Positions 1-8,103 of a DNA stretch of 63,684 nt are shown here, in pieces. Source of the DNA: Minisyncoccota bacterium (GTDB taxonomy: Bacteria > Patescibacteriota > Minisyncoccia > Phycocordibacterales > PALSA-1337); the NCBI GenBank assembly GCA_041665385.1, contig JBAYIX010000004.1, positions 1-63,684 of the forward strand, in the 5' to 3' direction. Position numbers and translations under genes: made by a program. The notes beneath the pieces were generated by a model that worked only from the letters and a program-made list of their open reading frames with translations, did no database searches and was not told where the DNA came from. Each line of letters starts with the position of its first letter. Position 1 is the first letter of the stretch.

Positions 1-3000
1 CGTCCCGATGCCGACGTTGCCATTGTTTAACATCGTCACCTTTGGTGAATTATTACTATCAGCGAAGACAAACCCAGCTTCAGAACCTGTACCGCTTCCT
101 GTCACACTCAACCTGCCCCACGGACTCGTCGTCCCGATGCCGACGTTGCCAGAATTTTTTACAATGAACAGATTTCCGTTATTATTATCGTCCGAAGACA
201 GCATAAGCAAATCACTTGCTCCTGCCGAAGCTGATACTTCTAGCAAGGCATCTGCTCCAGAATCTCCTATACCCACTGTGCCATCTTTTGTAATTCTCAT
301 AATCTCGGAAGCCGCCGTGTAATCAGAAGCACCTCCAGTCGCAAACACCAAATCTCCTCTGACAGCCATTGCAAGGTTGGGAGTAGACGCTCCATTTACA
401 TAATGAAAGATACTCGCTATGTTATTTGCACCATCGGTAGCTCTTGAAAATTGAAAACCTGCCCCACCAGTTACGAAATCGGAAATCAACGAAGACGTTA
501 CTTCCCTTACCCCAATCCTCTTATTTGTTGTTGGCTCTACTGTAAATTTATCGAGAGGATTATTTGTGCCAACTCCTATATTACCACTATCCAGAATAGT
601 GAAGAGCGGTAAGTCGCTAGAGTTCGTCGTCTGGAAGTTTACGCCTGTCGTAGAGCCTACACCTTTTACGGAAAGTTTGGCGTAAGGTGTTGTCGAACCG
701 ATGCCTACAAGTCCGCTTATACTATTTGAACTCATAGTCAGAGTTTCGGTCATTCCAGATCCGTTGCTTGTGCCTCCGGAGAAGAAACCAATTACGCCTC
801 TGCCTAAACCGCCGATGCTTGGTGTTCGGAACTGAATCTTTGCTCTGGGTGTATTGGATGTGAAGCCATCGGTCCATTGGATTTCAGCAGCATCATTAAG
901 GTTATTGCCACTATTATGAAGTGTGATCACCGGTCCGACATCGCCAGCAACACTCTTTGAGATGACAAGAGAATTTTGTGGCGATGTTGTTCCAATACCG
1001 ACATTCCCTGCAGTATTTACAAACATAGAATAGTTTTCTGTAGGTGCGCCACTGGTATTGTTTGTAACTATCCCAAAACCACCATAAGCATTTATTGCAG
1101 CAGTGCCATTCTGCGTATTGTTTTGTCTCGTTAATGAAAGTATCTGAGCGCCTGAACTGCTATAGCCGAATATTCCGCTTCCTCCACTGTTTGCTCCAAA
1201 ACGAATATTTCCCCCTGTGACAACGTTTCCTACGGAGTCGACGGTGAACTGATCGACATTTGAAGAATTTGCAAGACTCAAGAGACCTGTCGTTCCGATA
1301 CCTGTGACAGATATGCGGGATCTGGGTGTAGTAGTACCGACCCCGATACTACCGGCGCTCGAGATAGAAAACTGTTCCGTACCACCGACAGCAAAACCGT
1401 AACCTATAGAAACACCTAAGTTTGAAAACATAGTCTTTGCACCTCCTACAGGGCCATTTATATTAAATGTCCTGCCTCCACTTTCTGTAAGTGTTATACC
1501 TGTATCGCCGTTGACTACGAGACTGCTATTTGGGCTTGAGCTGCCGACCCCAACATTACCAGTCATCCTCCATGCATTTGTGCCATCAGTCGCCCAATTG
1601 CCTGTCGTTGCGCCACCGATGAGGTTGCCGGCGAAGTAGAGGTCATCGTTTAGGTTATAGAGCCTGCCAGCAGTGGCACCAGGGGCGCTTATAGGACCTA
1701 GGTAAATAGGCCCATTCACCGCCAAAGTATCCGTAGGCGATGATGTTCCTATGCCCACACGGTTATTAGCCGCATCTATATATAGTGTACCGTTATCAAA
1801 AGACCCGCCGCCTGTAACTGTGAGGTTATTCGACAGTGCCAGAGCCGCCGCGGTGATATCTCCGCTAAATGTGCCACCAATACCCGTAATATTGCCATCG
1901 GAGAACTTTTCCGGTAAGACCTTGTCCATGATGGCATAGTCCTGGCGGAGCTGGTGACTCTGCCATGTCCTCAGACTTTCTTCCAGAGAAGAGATCTTGG
2001 CATACAATATCGGATCGAACGATTCTGTGTTGTTATATATGGTGTTCTCGGTTATACGAGGTTGCTCTATGACCGTATTCACTGCTGTCATTACCGCAGG
2101 TGTAGTCGTAGCGATGATATTGGTGACATTGTTCACCACCGGCGCTACGTCGCGAATACCCAGGAAAGAACGTACCCCCGTCCTTATACCCCCAGTGAAT
2201 GATCTCCAACCTCCGGAAATGGAGTCGAGGACACTTGCCGCCATACTATCCTCATCAACGGTTTTTTGTGCCATTGGAGAGTATTTTATGTTCTGATGGA
2301 GAGCGGAGGAAACTATAGTTACACCTTTATTACCGATGTCTGTCAATACCCTGAGAGGTTTTATTCCGCTCTGAACCAGACCAGCATAACCCAGACCTCC
2401 GAAGCCCAAGAGGATAAAAAGTACAGATGTCACAACTAGAGCGTTCCGGAAAAAGACCATGTCGGATACCCGAGAACTCCTTTTGCCATCAGTGACATTT
2501 ATAGGTTCCAATTTTGCTGTCACTTTTTGATCCGGCACTATCACCTTCACTTCTGAAATTCCCTCTAAAGATTTTGTAACAATTTTCGGTGCGACTGATG
2601 GCGTCGGCTTGGAAAGTTTTGGAAGTAAATCACGAACATCGCTCTCATACGAAATCACATTCGAATTTTCTTTTAACGCGTCATGCACATATCCATTCAT
2701 ATCTATCCAGCGGCTCGATGCAACTTGCTCGGGTAGAGTCGGTACAGATAGTACCTCGGAAGCCGTGTGGGCTCGTATAGGGCCTCTCAAGGGCATGACC
2801 TCTGTCATAGCTCCATGCCTCGAAGTATATTTCAGACGATCCTCGACATGAGTGCTTTCTTTTGTCTCCGAACTTTTTTGCGCGACTGTTTCAGTCAGGG
2901 TCTTTTCTTCCCTTGCTTGCTCAGACGACACCTCCGATACGGATGCCGCAGATGCCTGTCCGTTCGATACCAGTTGCTCGAGAGAATTTTTCTGATGAGC

Positions 3001-3165
3001 GAGGATAGATGCCTCCTCTACGAACCATGCGCGTCCCACTCTCTGTGCGTGTATTTTTCCAGATCGGCAAAGCTGACCGACATAGTCATTAGTATACTTC
3101 GTGATCTCGGAAGCTCGCCTAGACGAGATGAATTTTTTGCCTTCGATAACGATAGAGTTGTTCAC
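1..3165 (-). CDS. Giant cell-surface protein, 5' part only (at least 1055 aa in the window; the ORF runs off the left edge). It has an N-terminal excisionase/MerR-like HTH, one TM helix, then a repetitive fibre-like region with a recurring GNVGIGT(T/S)SP motif.
   Basis: Absent from the supplied ORF track because no stop codon lies in the window. Reading the reverse complement from GTG at 3165 (in-frame TAA at 3177-3175 just upstream), the frame stays open through position 1 (3165 nt = 1055 codons). My translation starts VNNSIVIEGKKFISSRRASEITKYTNDYVGQLCRSGKIHAQRVGRAWFVEE (HTH), then MVFFRNALVVTSVLFILLGFGGLGYAGLV (TM). Repeats follow: NRVGIGTSSPTDTLAV, GNVGVGSSSPNSSLVV, GSIGVGTTTPRSRISV, GNVGIGTTSPQNSLVI, GLVGIGSTTPYAKLSV, GNIGVGTNNPLDKFTV, GNVGIGTTSPWGRLSV. 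No minus-strand ORF is listed in 1-3300, which fits a single open frame. Confidence 0.8.
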   Translation of the reverse strand, partial: MNNSIVIEGKKFISSRRASEITKYTNDYVGQLCRSGKIHAQRVGRAWFVEEASILAHQKNSLEQLVSNGQASAASVSEVSSEQAREEKTLTETVAQKSSETKESTHVEDRLKYTSRHGAMTEVMPLRGPIRAHTASEVLSVPTLPEQVASSRWIDMNGYVHDALKENSNVISYESDVRDLLPKLSKPTPSVAPKIVTKSLEGISEVKVIVPDQKVTAKLEPINVTDGKRSSRVSDMVFFRNALVVTSVLFILLGFGGLGYAGLVQSGIKPLRVLTDIGNKGVTIVSSALHQNIKYSPMAQKTVDEDSMAASVLDSISGGWRSFTGGIRTGVRSFLGIRDVAPVVNNVTNIIATTTPAVMTAVNTVIEQPRITENTIYNNTESFDPILYAKISSLEESLRTWQSHQLRQDYAIMDKVLPEKFSDGNITGIGGTFSGDITAAALALSNNLTVTGGGSFDNGTLYIDAANNRVGIGTSSPTDTLAVNGPIYLGPISAPGATAGRLYNLNDDLYFAGNLIGGATTGNWATDGTNAWRMTGNVGVGSSSPNSSLVVNGDTGITLTESGGRTFNINGPVGGAKTMFSNLGVSIGYGFAVGGTEQFSISSAGSIGVGTTTPRSRISVTGIGTTGLLSLANSSNVDQFTVDSVGNVVTGGNIRFGANSGGSGIFGYSSSGAQILSLTRQNNTQNGTAAINAYGGFGIVTNNTSGAPTENYSMFVNTAGNVGIGTTSPQNSLVISKSVAGDVGPVITLHNSGNNLNDAAEIQWTDGFTSNTPRAKIQFRTPSIGGLGRGVIGFFSGGTSNGSGMTETLTMSSNSISGLVGIGSTTPYAKLSVKGVGSTTGVNFQTTNSSDLPLFTILDSGNIGVGTNNPLDKFTVEPTTNKRIGVREVTSSLISDFVTGGAGFQFSRATDGANNIASIFHYVNGASTPNLAMAVRGDLVFATGGASDYTAASEIMRITKDGTVGIGDSGADALLEVSASAGASDLLMLSSDDNNNGNLFIVKNSGNVGIGTTSPWGRLSVTGSGTGSEAGFVFADSNNSPKVTMLNNGNVGIGT

Positions 3166-3282
3166 GTCATAATTTTATCTTTTTATGACTCAAATATCTC
3201 TGTGGATAAGTGGAATTATTTTCTACACACTAAAAATATTTGAAAAAAAATATAATTCTAAAGATACGAAAAACACATACAG

Positions 3283-3407
3283 AGAGCGACGCGCCCTCCT
3301 CGGGGAACGACTAAGCCCCTTCGTTTCGCTCCGCATACGCTATGCGAAAGTGATACTTGTCGCTTTCCCGAAACGGGCGCTAGTGCACGACGTAGGTGCG
3401 TTCACTC
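3283..3407. other. GC-rich structured island in an AT-rich divergent intergenic region (candidate ncRNA or 5' leader)
   Basis: Local hairpins: GGGG-aacgactaag-CCCC; CGCATA-cgc-TATGCG (3332-3346); GCGAAAGT-gat-ACTTgTCGC. A long-range complementary pair CGTTTCG (3322-3328) / CGAAACG (3369-3375) is also present. The flanks are strongly AT-rich. Confidence 0.3.
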
Positions 3408-3517
3408 ATAATTCTTAATTCAAAATTCATAATTCAACATTACCCTACCCCTGTGCATAACCTTGATAGTTATACATAACAAAATATTATAGAATATAAA
3501 CATGTATCAATGTTTAG

Positions 3518-3532
3518 TAATGTTAAACATTA
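3518..3532. promoter_or_regulatory. Perfect 7-1-7 palindrome TAATGTT-A-AACATTA upstream of the MerR-like gene (candidate operator)
   Basis: Read directly from the sequence. A half-site-like AATGTTTA lies just upstream (3509-3516). The palindrome sits 79 nt before the ATG at 3611. Confidence 0.3.
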
Positions 3533-3610
3533 GTGTGTAATGAATCGGTTTTGGTAGGTTTGAGTCAGTTTTAACAGCATATTAACTTATAGCGGCAAGC
3601 CCGCACTACT

Positions 3611-3862
3611 ATGAGCACCATCCAACCCAAAAATCTTATTACCATAAAGGAAGCATCCTTGCTCCTCGGCGTCACCCCTCTCACTCTCCGTAATTGGGAT
3701 AAGAGTGGCAAGCTCAAAGCACTCCGACACCCTCTCAATAACTACAGGGTCTACAAAAAGTCAGACATCGATAGTTTGCTCCTGTCAATGGAAAGTGGAG
3801 CCGCTCCGGTCTATGTGCCAAAGAGGAAGAGGGAGAAGAAGCTATCGGTGAGACATGAATAG
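3611..3862 (+). CDS. Small MerR/excisionase-type HTH DNA-binding protein (83 aa)
   Basis: LITIKEASLLLGVTPLTLRNWDKSGKLKA fits the MerR/HTH_17 helix-turn-helix pattern. The C-terminal tail is basic (PKRKREKK). Confidence 0.65.
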   Translation: MSTIQPKNLITIKEASLLLGVTPLTLRNWDKSGKLKALRHPLNNYRVYKKSDIDSLLLSMESGAAPVYVPKRKREKKLSVRHE

Positions 3863-3876
3863 TGATAGAAGAAATT

Positions 3877-3977
3877 CCAAATTCCAAGCACCAAGTTCCA
3901 AATAAATTCCAATATTCAAAAGTGAATTTGGAATTTTATATTTGGTGCTTATTTGGAGCTTGGTGCTTGGAATTTGG
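3877..3977. repeat. Long imperfect hairpin (element A), with 28-nt outer arms at 3877-3904 / 3950-3977
   Basis: The arms are CCAAATTCCAAGCACCAAGTTCCAAATA and TATTTGGAGCTTGGTGCTTGGAATTTGG: 27 Watson-Crick pairs plus one T:G at 3896/3958. An inner stem AATTCCAAtATTC / GAATTTGGAATT is also present. The arms are built from heptad-like NNNCCAA units. Confidence 0.7.
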
Positions 3978-4001
3978 TGCTTCTTACCTTATACTAATCC
4001 C

Positions 4002-5441
4002 ATGAAATACCTTCCAACTATTGGCCTCGAGATCCACGCCGAACTCAAAACATTTTCGAAGATGTTCTGCTCCTGCAAGAATGATCCTGACGAAGAAAAA
4101 CCGAACTCAAATGTCTGCCCCATTTGTCTCGGTCACCCGGGCACTCTGCCAGTTCTGAACCATGCCGCCATAAAAAAAGTTTTGATGATCGGTACTGCGG
4201 TCGGAGGAACTCATGCGGACTTTACCGAGTGGGACAGAAAGAATTATTTTTATCCCGACATACCAAAGGGCTACCAGATCAGCCAATACAAGTTCCCTCT
4301 CATTTCCGAAGGCATGCTCGCCGGAGTCGAGCTCGAAAGGATCCACCTCGAGGAGGATACCGCGCAGTCCACTCACGACACTCACAAAAATTCCCTTATC
4401 AATTTCAACCGCTCGGGTGTTCCCCTCATGGAGCTCGTCACCAAGCCCGTCATCCATGATGCCGAGACAGCAGTCACCTTTGCAAAAGAGCTCCGGCTCC
4501 TGCTCCGCTACCTCGACGCCGGCGACGCAAATATGGAAAAGGGCGAAATGCGTGTCGAAGCAAATATTTCTGTCGCATCTGAAGCAGATACAGAGGCAGG
4601 AAAGTTTGGCACCAAAACTGAAGTCAAAAACCTGAACTCATTCCGGTCTGTCGAGGGCGCCGTAGCATATGAGATCGAAAGACAGATCGCGCTCATTGAA
4701 GCAGGCGGCAAGGTAGTTCAGGAAACTCGCGGCTGGGATGATGTGAAGCGGGAAACATATTTGCAACGTGTAAAAGAAAGCTCCCATGACTATCGCTACT
4801 TCCCTGACCCAGATCTGCCCAAGATGAAGATTTCGGAGATACCAGGGTTCGATGTGAAGACACTGGAGAATAGTCTTCCGGAATTGCCATGGGTAAAGCG
4901 AGACAGGTACAAAAACAATTTTGGCATGACGGAAAAAGAGGTTGCTGTTTTTGTCGATAACCCGGAGCTGGCACGTTACTTTGAAGAGGTCATCAGCCCT
5001 GACCAAAATATGGTCAAGCTATCTACAAACTACATCTTGACTGACTACCTCGGGGCACTAAAGAAGGCAGGAGTTACTAATATAGGCACAATACCTGCGA
5101 CAGCTTTCGCTGATATCATCAAACTAATCTCTTCTGGAGACATCTCTTCACGCGGTGCAAAAGAACTCATAGCTGTCATCATCGCCGAACCGAGAGGTCG
5201 GACCTCTCCCCCCTCCCCTCGAGCCCTCGCCGAAAAGCACAATCTCATCCAAAAGAGCAATTCTGCAGATCTGGAACCCATAATTGACTCTATAATCGCC
5301 AAACACGCCTCCGTCGTCACCGAATACAAGACAGGCAAGGTCACTTCCCTGCAATTCCTCATCGGTCAGGTCATGAAAGAAAGTAAGGGTTCTGCAAATC
5401 CTGGTGTGGTAAAGGAAATGTTAATAAAAAAGCTCAACTAG
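4002..5441 (+). CDS. gatB: Aspartyl/glutamyl-tRNA(Asn/Gln) amidotransferase subunit B
   Basis: Canonical N-terminus MKYLPTIGLEIHAELK, cysteine motif CSCKND...CPICLGHPGTLPVLN, and C-terminal GatB/YqeY-like tail FLIGQVMKESKGSANP. The track ORF starts at TTG 3942 inside hairpin A; ATG 4002 restores the conserved N-terminus. Confidence 0.93.
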   Translation: MKYLPTIGLEIHAELKTFSKMFCSCKNDPDEEKPNSNVCPICLGHPGTLPVLNHAAIKKVLMIGTAVGGTHADFTEWDRKNYFYPDIPKGYQISQYKFPLISEGMLAGVELERIHLEEDTAQSTHDTHKNSLINFNRSGVPLMELVTKPVIHDAETAVTFAKELRLLLRYLDAGDANMEKGEMRVEANISVASEADTEAGKFGTKTEVKNLNSFRSVEGAVAYEIERQIALIEAGGKVVQETRGWDDVKRETYLQRVKESSHDYRYFPDPDLPKMKISEIPGFDVKTLENSLPELPWVKRDRYKNNFGMTEKEVAVFVDNPELARYFEEVISPDQNMVKLSTNYILTDYLGALKKAGVTNIGTIPATAFADIIKLISSGDISSRGAKELIAVIIAEPRGRTSPPSPRALAEKHNLIQKSNSADLEPIIDSIIAKHASVVTEYKTGKVTSLQFLIGQVMKESKGSANPGVVKEMLIKKLN

Positions 5442-5450
5442 TACGATCTG

Positions 5451-5610
5451 ACTCGAACTTGGTGAATCATGTTTTCGAGCATTCCCGCAATGCGACCTGA
5501 GTCCCGACAAATTGCCCGTATCTGCTGAATCCCTGGAAGCAGATACGGTAGCAATTTGGAGTGGGCGACCTTGCGGGAATGCGAGGAAACATGATTCACC
5601 AAGTTCGAGT
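5451..5610 (+). repeat. 160-nt compound hairpin (element B) between gatB and obg, with 40-nt outer arms
   Basis: The 5451-5490 arm pairs with 5571-5610: 37 of 40 positions are Watson-Crick. The exceptions are one T:G (5475/5586) and a tandem G:A/A:G (5477-5478/5583-5584). Inner stems are CAAATTGC/GCAATTTG and CCGTATCTGCT/AGCAGATACGG. Confidence 0.7.
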
Positions 5611-5662
5611 CCTATACTACTATCCATAGAAATCAATGGTGCACTGTGCTAATGTATGAATC

Positions 5663-6631
5663 ATGGCATTCATAGACGAAATATCATTCCACGCAAAAGC
5701 TGGCGATGGCGGCGCAGGCGTCGTACGCTGGCAACACGAAAAAGGCAGAGAATTTGCTGGCGCATCCGGCGGCAATGCCGGTCCCGGCGGCGATGTATAT
5801 GTACGAGCTGTCCGCGACATAAACATCCTAGCTAGACACAAGAGCGTAAAGCACTTCAAAGCCGGTGACGGCGAAGACGGCCAAGGCTGGAGCAGACAAG
5901 GCAAGGCCGGAACAGACTATATAATAGAACTACCTATTGGCTCCGTAGTGAAAAATCTCACGAGCGGCCGCGAGATAGAACTTCTCACCGATGGCGCCGA
6001 ACACAAGATCCTTCATGGCGGCAGAGGCGGTCTCGGCAATGAACATTTCAAGGCATCAACCAATGTGCGACCAGAGCAGTCTACCGGTGGCACAGCCGGA
6101 GAAGAAGGTGACTTTGTAGTAGAACTGAACCTCATCGCCGACGCTGGCCTCATCGGCCTTCCCAATGCCGGCAAGTCCAGCCTCTTGAATGCCCTCACAA
6201 ATGCCAATGCAAAAGTCGCAAGCTATGCTTTTACTACGCTCGATCCGAACCTCGGTGCCCTGCCCGGAGGCTATATCCTCGCCGACATTCCCGGCCTCAT
6301 CGAAGGCGCCGCCGAAGGCAAAGGCCTCGGTCACAAATTTCTGAAACATGTAAAGCGCACCAAGCTCCTCCTCCACCTCGTCTCCCTCGAAAACGAAGAC
6401 GTCGTCGTCACATACCAAACAGTGAGGAAAGAGCTGGAGAAGTTCAGCCAGGAACTCCTGGAAAAGAAGGAGGTTATCATCCTGACAAAGACCGATCTCG
6501 CAGATAGCGATCGACTAAAAAAAGCACAAAAGGAACTTTCCAAATATTCCGAGCATATTTTTTCCACATCCATTCTGGATGATACCGCTGTAAAGACTCT
6601 TTCTCAGAAAATCTCTACTTTACTTGTATAA
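5663..6631 (+). CDS. obg: GTPase Obg/CgtA
   Basis: Glycine-rich Obg fold N-domain (FIDEISFHAKAGDGGAGVVRW...GGNAGPGGDVY). G1 is GLPNAGKSSLL, G3 is DIPGLIEGA, and the G4-like motif is LTKTD. Confidence 0.93.
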   Translation: MAFIDEISFHAKAGDGGAGVVRWQHEKGREFAGASGGNAGPGGDVYVRAVRDINILARHKSVKHFKAGDGEDGQGWSRQGKAGTDYIIELPIGSVVKNLTSGREIELLTDGAEHKILHGGRGGLGNEHFKASTNVRPEQSTGGTAGEEGDFVVELNLIADAGLIGLPNAGKSSLLNALTNANAKVASYAFTTLDPNLGALPGGYILADIPGLIEGAAEGKGLGHKFLKHVKRTKLLLHLVSLENEDVVVTYQTVRKELEKFSQELLEKKEVIILTKTDLADSDRLKKAQKELSKYSEHIFSTSILDDTAVKTLSQKISTLLV

Positions 6632-7694
6632 TTTCTGTATTTACTGACTTGTCTGAAAATGAGTGTCTATATATATCTAGGAGAGCAAATAGAATAGCGA
6701 GAATGATAGGCCCCATCACAAAACCGACAGGCCCAAATGTCGCTATACCTCCCAAAACAGAGATGAGGATGAGTAGAGGGTGAATGTTTATACCGCGATT
6801 TACCAGGTATGGACCTAGCAGGTTGTCTATGAGGCTCACAGCAAGGAATCCCCATATAGTAAGCCCGATAGCATATCCGTAGCCGCTAAATATGGCGAGA
6901 TATATGATGCCCGGCACTATTATGAGACTGGTTCCAAAGCCGGGTATAAATGCCGCAACTGCCGCTATACTGCCCCACAGTGCCGCCGCTGGTATGCCAA
7001 ACATGAAGAATCCTATTCCGGTGAGTATGCCTTGGATCACACAGACTATGACCGTACCAGCAAATACGGAGCGTATTGCATTTTCGAATGTCTTGGTCAG
7101 ATGCTCATCATGCTTGTCTACGAGCGGGCTCCAGGACATGAACTGTTTTTTTATTGTCTCCCCGTCTCGCAAGAAATAAAAGACAGCGAGCAAAAAGACA
7201 AAAGAATTTATGGCGACCGTCGCGAAACTGGTAAAGATACTATCGAGATGAGAAAAAACCCATTCTATGGCACCCTTCAGATATTCCGTGACATTGAGCG
7301 AATCGAAGGTGTATGAAGGAAATGCATCGAAAAGTAAGGCCGAGATACTGGACGAGAGACCATTCAGGGCATCGATGATCTGAGATCTCTGCGACTCGTC
7401 TATAAGTGACGCATACATAGACTGTATCTCCACATATATCCTGCCGACGATGAGGAACAGCGGCACGAGAACTATGATGACGATGATGCAGACAGTGAGG
7501 AATGCAGCTATGTTTGGCTTCCAAGGGCCGTTACCGAGGGCGGCGAGAATTCTACGATAAATGGGAAAAGAAAGTATTGCTCCGGCGGCGGCAAGTATTA
7601 CGGGTGTTAGAAATGGCAGGAATATGACAACAGAGGCTATGACGGCGCAGAGGAGGAGGATAAAGAAGAAATAATAAGGGATTCGAGAGATCAT
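6615..7694 (-). CDS. AI-2E family transporter (PerM/UPF0118-like permease)
   Basis: 359-aa polytopic membrane protein with the family-typical layout and segments such as AAFIPGFGTSLIIVPGIIYL and LLILISVLGGIATFGPVGFVMGP. It converges on obg and overlaps it by 17 nt. Confidence 0.7.
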   Translation of the reverse strand: MISRIPYYFFFILLLCAVIASVVIFLPFLTPVILAAAGAILSFPIYRRILAALGNGPWKPNIAAFLTVCIIVIIVLVPLFLIVGRIYVEIQSMYASLIDESQRSQIIDALNGLSSSISALLFDAFPSYTFDSLNVTEYLKGAIEWVFSHLDSIFTSFATVAINSFVFLLAVFYFLRDGETIKKQFMSWSPLVDKHDEHLTKTFENAIRSVFAGTVIVCVIQGILTGIGFFMFGIPAAALWGSIAAVAAFIPGFGTSLIIVPGIIYLAIFSGYGYAIGLTIWGFLAVSLIDNLLGPYLVNRGINIHPLLILISVLGGIATFGPVGFVMGPIILAILFALLDIYRHSFSDKSVNTEIIQVK

Positions 7695-7848
7695 GATAAT
7701 GTGAGATTTATTTTGACATCACGACTATTGATATTGATGTTACCAGTCTAGCACACAATAAAATAGTGTCACTATTTAGTTGTTAAGTTTTTTGCGTGGT
7801 CTTTCATTTATGCCGCCCAACCACCCTTCGGTTGCAAAGAGGCCCATT

Positions 7849-7975
7849 ATTATAGCACGCACGCTCTTATTTTTGGTCAAAAACATGGCTTTACTGAGCC
7901 GTATTTTTACATGCAAAAAATATGGCTCAACAGCAACATAAAAAGGGGTAAAAATAAGAGCGTGCGTGCTATAAT
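7849..7975. repeat. Hairpin element C: perfect 26-bp arms with a 75-nt loop
   Basis: ATTATAGCACGCACGCTCTTATTTTT (7849-7874) is the exact reverse complement of 7950-7975. An imperfect extension GCAAAGAGG / CCCCCTTTGC lies outside the arms. Confidence 0.75.
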
Positions 7976-8103
7976 TCCACCCCCCTTTGCCGGCGACATG
8001 GTCACTCCCCGGCTAATGACAAAAAAACCGCACTGTCTACTTATGATTAACCCCCTAATAGTCCTCATTTCATAGACTCCAAAACCCCAAGATTCAGAAC
8101 GTA

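Noticed and set aside
8-3418. Plus-strand track ORFs (8-322, 1751-1939, 1954-2296, 2589-3243, 3185-3418)
   Set aside because: They lie antisense to, or overlap, the single uninterrupted minus-strand frame 1-3165. Their compositions are low-complexity or odd, and none has a recognisable motif. I treat them as shadow ORFs of the giant surface-protein gene; 3185-3418 covers the GC-rich island X.
3942-4001. TTG-extended N-terminus of gatB (MVLIWSLVLGIWCFLPYTNP)
   Set aside because: The extension is encoded by the right arm of hairpin A. The conserved GatB N-terminus MKYLPTIGLEIH starts at ATG 4002.
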